From NCBI RefSeq assembly GCF_902652985.1, contig NC_047023.1, positions 1,674,001-1,738,000 on the forward strand: a stretch of 64,000 nt of DNA, in the 5' to 3' direction. The notes beneath the pieces were generated by a model that had not been told where the DNA came from, made no database searches, and saw only the letters and a list, made by a program, of their open reading frames with translations. Position 1 is the first letter of the stretch. Each line of letters begins with the position of its first letter. This document shows positions 61,837-64,000 of the stretch, piece after piece. The position numbers were made by a program, and so were the translations under genes. Source of the stretch: Pecten maximus (Eukaryota).

Positions 61837-62461
61837 TCAACAGTGGTAACTACTGTAAACATGCCTTGACATCTATTTGCAAAACAGGGACGTCATTTTA
61901 GAATTGGCCGACTTGAATTTAACAAAATGGTGAGTTTGCATTATATTGTGGCAGAATACGACACTGCCGCCATGTTCGACATCCTGTGGCTGTAATGTTA
62001 CTTCGTTGACAGTTATGACATTCCATAATAGCAATACTGAAAAACTCTAAGGACTAAGGATAAATAAAAATATTAACAATTTCAAAATTAACAAATAAAT
62101 GGAATGACGAGCTTGTATTTTACTAAAACCGAAATGGGCAACGATTATTAACACCATTTTAATTTACTGTACAGACATTCATACAACTTATTTATCATCA
62201 ATATATGAACACCATCTTGTCATCTAAGGACCTAAAAAGTGAGTTAATGTTTGCCTATGACAAGAAAGCTGACAACAGTCATACAATAATAGTGCAATCC
62301 TGATCCTGTTTGATTTTAAACCCCTACCAAGGAAAGGGAAAAAACACCCCAGTTTGAATTACAATCTAGGTGAAAAAGACTCCAATCACAAACATGGCAG
62401 ATATGTAAAGTTTGTCAATTAACTTACTATTCATACAGGTCTCTGCAAAGATTAATCAATA

Positions 62462-62670
62462 ATTACCAAAATAATGAAAAGCGAATAGATATATTACCGA
62501 AATAATGAACAGCGAATAGATATATTACCGAAATAATGAACAGCGAATAGATATATTACCGAAATAATGAACAGCGAATAGATATATTACCGAAATAATG
62601 AACAGCGAATAGATATATTACCGAAATAACGAAAAGCGAATGGATATATTACCAAAAGAATGAAAAAGTC
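62462..62670. repeat. 31-bp tandem repeat abutting the monooxygenase splice donor
   Basis: Unit atattaccgaaataatgaacagcgaatagat, about six copies. Confidence 0.9.
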
Positions 62671-62674
62671 TTAC

Positions 62675-62957
62675 CAGTTGTATGATGGCGTTAGCTTCGG
62701 GACTTGACGGAAATGTCACCACAGGACACCTGTCAATGACGGCCCTCTGGTCCGTCAGTAGACACTGGGGTAAGTCTCCCTCCGACAGACAATGTCGGGG
62801 AGAGAGACGCTCGGCCGGGTAGTAACTAAACATGCCCAGACACATCTCATCAAAGGGTGTTCTCCCATAGAACGTCGTAGTGTTCCGTGTCATCGTGTTG
62901 TAGGAACAGGAAGTGAAGATCTCGTCTCCAGGTTTTATTTCTACTGGTGACGGTAGC
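62675..62957 (-). CDS. penultimate exon of a copper type II ascorbate-dependent monooxygenase (DBH/MOXD1/TBH-like); upstream exons lie right of the window
   Basis: V.IKPGD.I.T.C.YNT..R...T.YG....DEMC....SYYP is the Cu2_monooxygenase C-terminal signature, including the CuM-ligand Met. The exon has a tttaag acceptor and a CTG|gtaag donor. Confidence 0.88.
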
Positions 62958-63640
62958 CTTAAATACAACACCAGATTATATAGAACAGGATACCATATAG
63001 ATGTCATATACTGCCATAAGCTTGTTCTGTAATCTATGGTGACAATACAACCAGAATTGAAACTCCTTATATGGAGATATCATTACAATATTATTATTAA
63101 TAGGTATATGTGACGTAGAATATGGATATATAGACACCTATAAATGTTCATAGCAATACATGTTTAAGAACCAATTTCATTTAATATATTTTCCGTTTTT
63201 GTAATAATATTGTCATAAATAATACCTACTGATGAATTATGGGATTGTGGTAATCGTACACAATGTCACGTGTCAACGTCTGTTCCTGGGTCTCTCTGAA
63301 CTTTTTCATAGCTATTCTCATTTCGGTTCCTGTTAAAAATAATTTACATCAGTACTGCCGATGTTCTTCCAACATATACTTATTTTGCTGTTAATTAAAA
63401 TACGGACAATATATCATCATATAATACATGTATCTTGTAGGATATAAAACATGCAGCCAATAGATCTACATACGACTATACATCACAACAAATAAAACAA
63501 TTTGTGAGTCTTATAGAGGCATCATTACGAAGAATATTGTATCGAATAATAAAGTCAAGCAACAGAAAAACTATGATAACGATATAGTTCGGCAACAGAA
63601 AAAACTTAGATAACAATAGAGTTTGACATCAGAAACCTTA

Positions 63641-64000
63641 GGGCGAATTTGTTCTCCTAAAACCAGTTTTAGTTTCGAACCGGTTCTGTAAACTTTCCAT
63701 TTGTTGAGTAAACCAGTTTCAAACCACATTCAAACTGAAACCGGTTCATTCATTTGTTTCTGATAAACCTAAACTAGTTTATAAAACCATTCAAACCACC
63801 ACCGGTTGTGGTTTGGAAGGTTTCCTATCTGAAAACAAGATGGCGAATGTTGTCAACATGCAGAATGTGCTCTTGAAGTGCGCTACGTGCTCCAAACTTG
63901 CCAGCTATGGCTTGTAGTGTCATTTGACTGGACAAATAAAATATAAATTTTAAATATTAATAATTGTTTTTCCCCTGTGTTTGAAAGAAAGTCTGCTACA
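63641..64000. mobile_element. possible left end of a DNA transposon (tta|GGGC..., multiple aaaccggtt/aaaccagtt subterminal motifs)
   Basis: Clustered aaaccagttt and accggtt motifs follow a TTA-GGGC junction (PIF/Harbinger-like). The other end is outside the window. Confidence 0.35.

Overview
This is eukaryotic genomic DNA: AT-rich, with GT-AG introns and many minisatellites. The SINE, MITE and retroelement repertoire suggests a bivalve mollusc, possibly a scallop (inference). I could reconstruct five host genes by eye. (1) The 5' part of a bubblegum-family long-chain acyl-CoA synthetase (ACSBG-like, minus strand, six coding exons at 1968-12023, continuing left of the window). (2) A complete 5-exon MRPS30/mL65 (plus strand, 23822-29530). 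(3) An intronless RING-Bbox-Bbox-coiled-coil-NHL TRIM gene (minus strand, 34370-36299) with a 1-nt frameshift. (4) A 2-exon, ~676-aa polyQ protein resembling a catalytically degenerate DUF3987/YfjI-type P-loop protein (minus strand, 40142-45596). (5) The last two exons of a DBH-like copper monooxygenase (minus strand, 61207-62957). Mobile DNA includes a near-complete Ngaro-type tyrosine-recombinase retrotransposon (gag, RT/RNase H, YR), CR1 and L2-like LINE fragments, several tRNA-derived SINEs, HINE/MITE-type elements and a probable solo LTR, alongside roughly twenty tandem-repeat arrays. The most notable observations are the DUF3987-like domesticated gene, minisatellites that multiply real splice sites in frame (10 donors in MRPS30, 7 acceptors in ACSBG), and a Penelope-type minimal hammerhead ribozyme motif inside an intronic inverted repeat. 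All homology calls come from motif recognition, not database searches.
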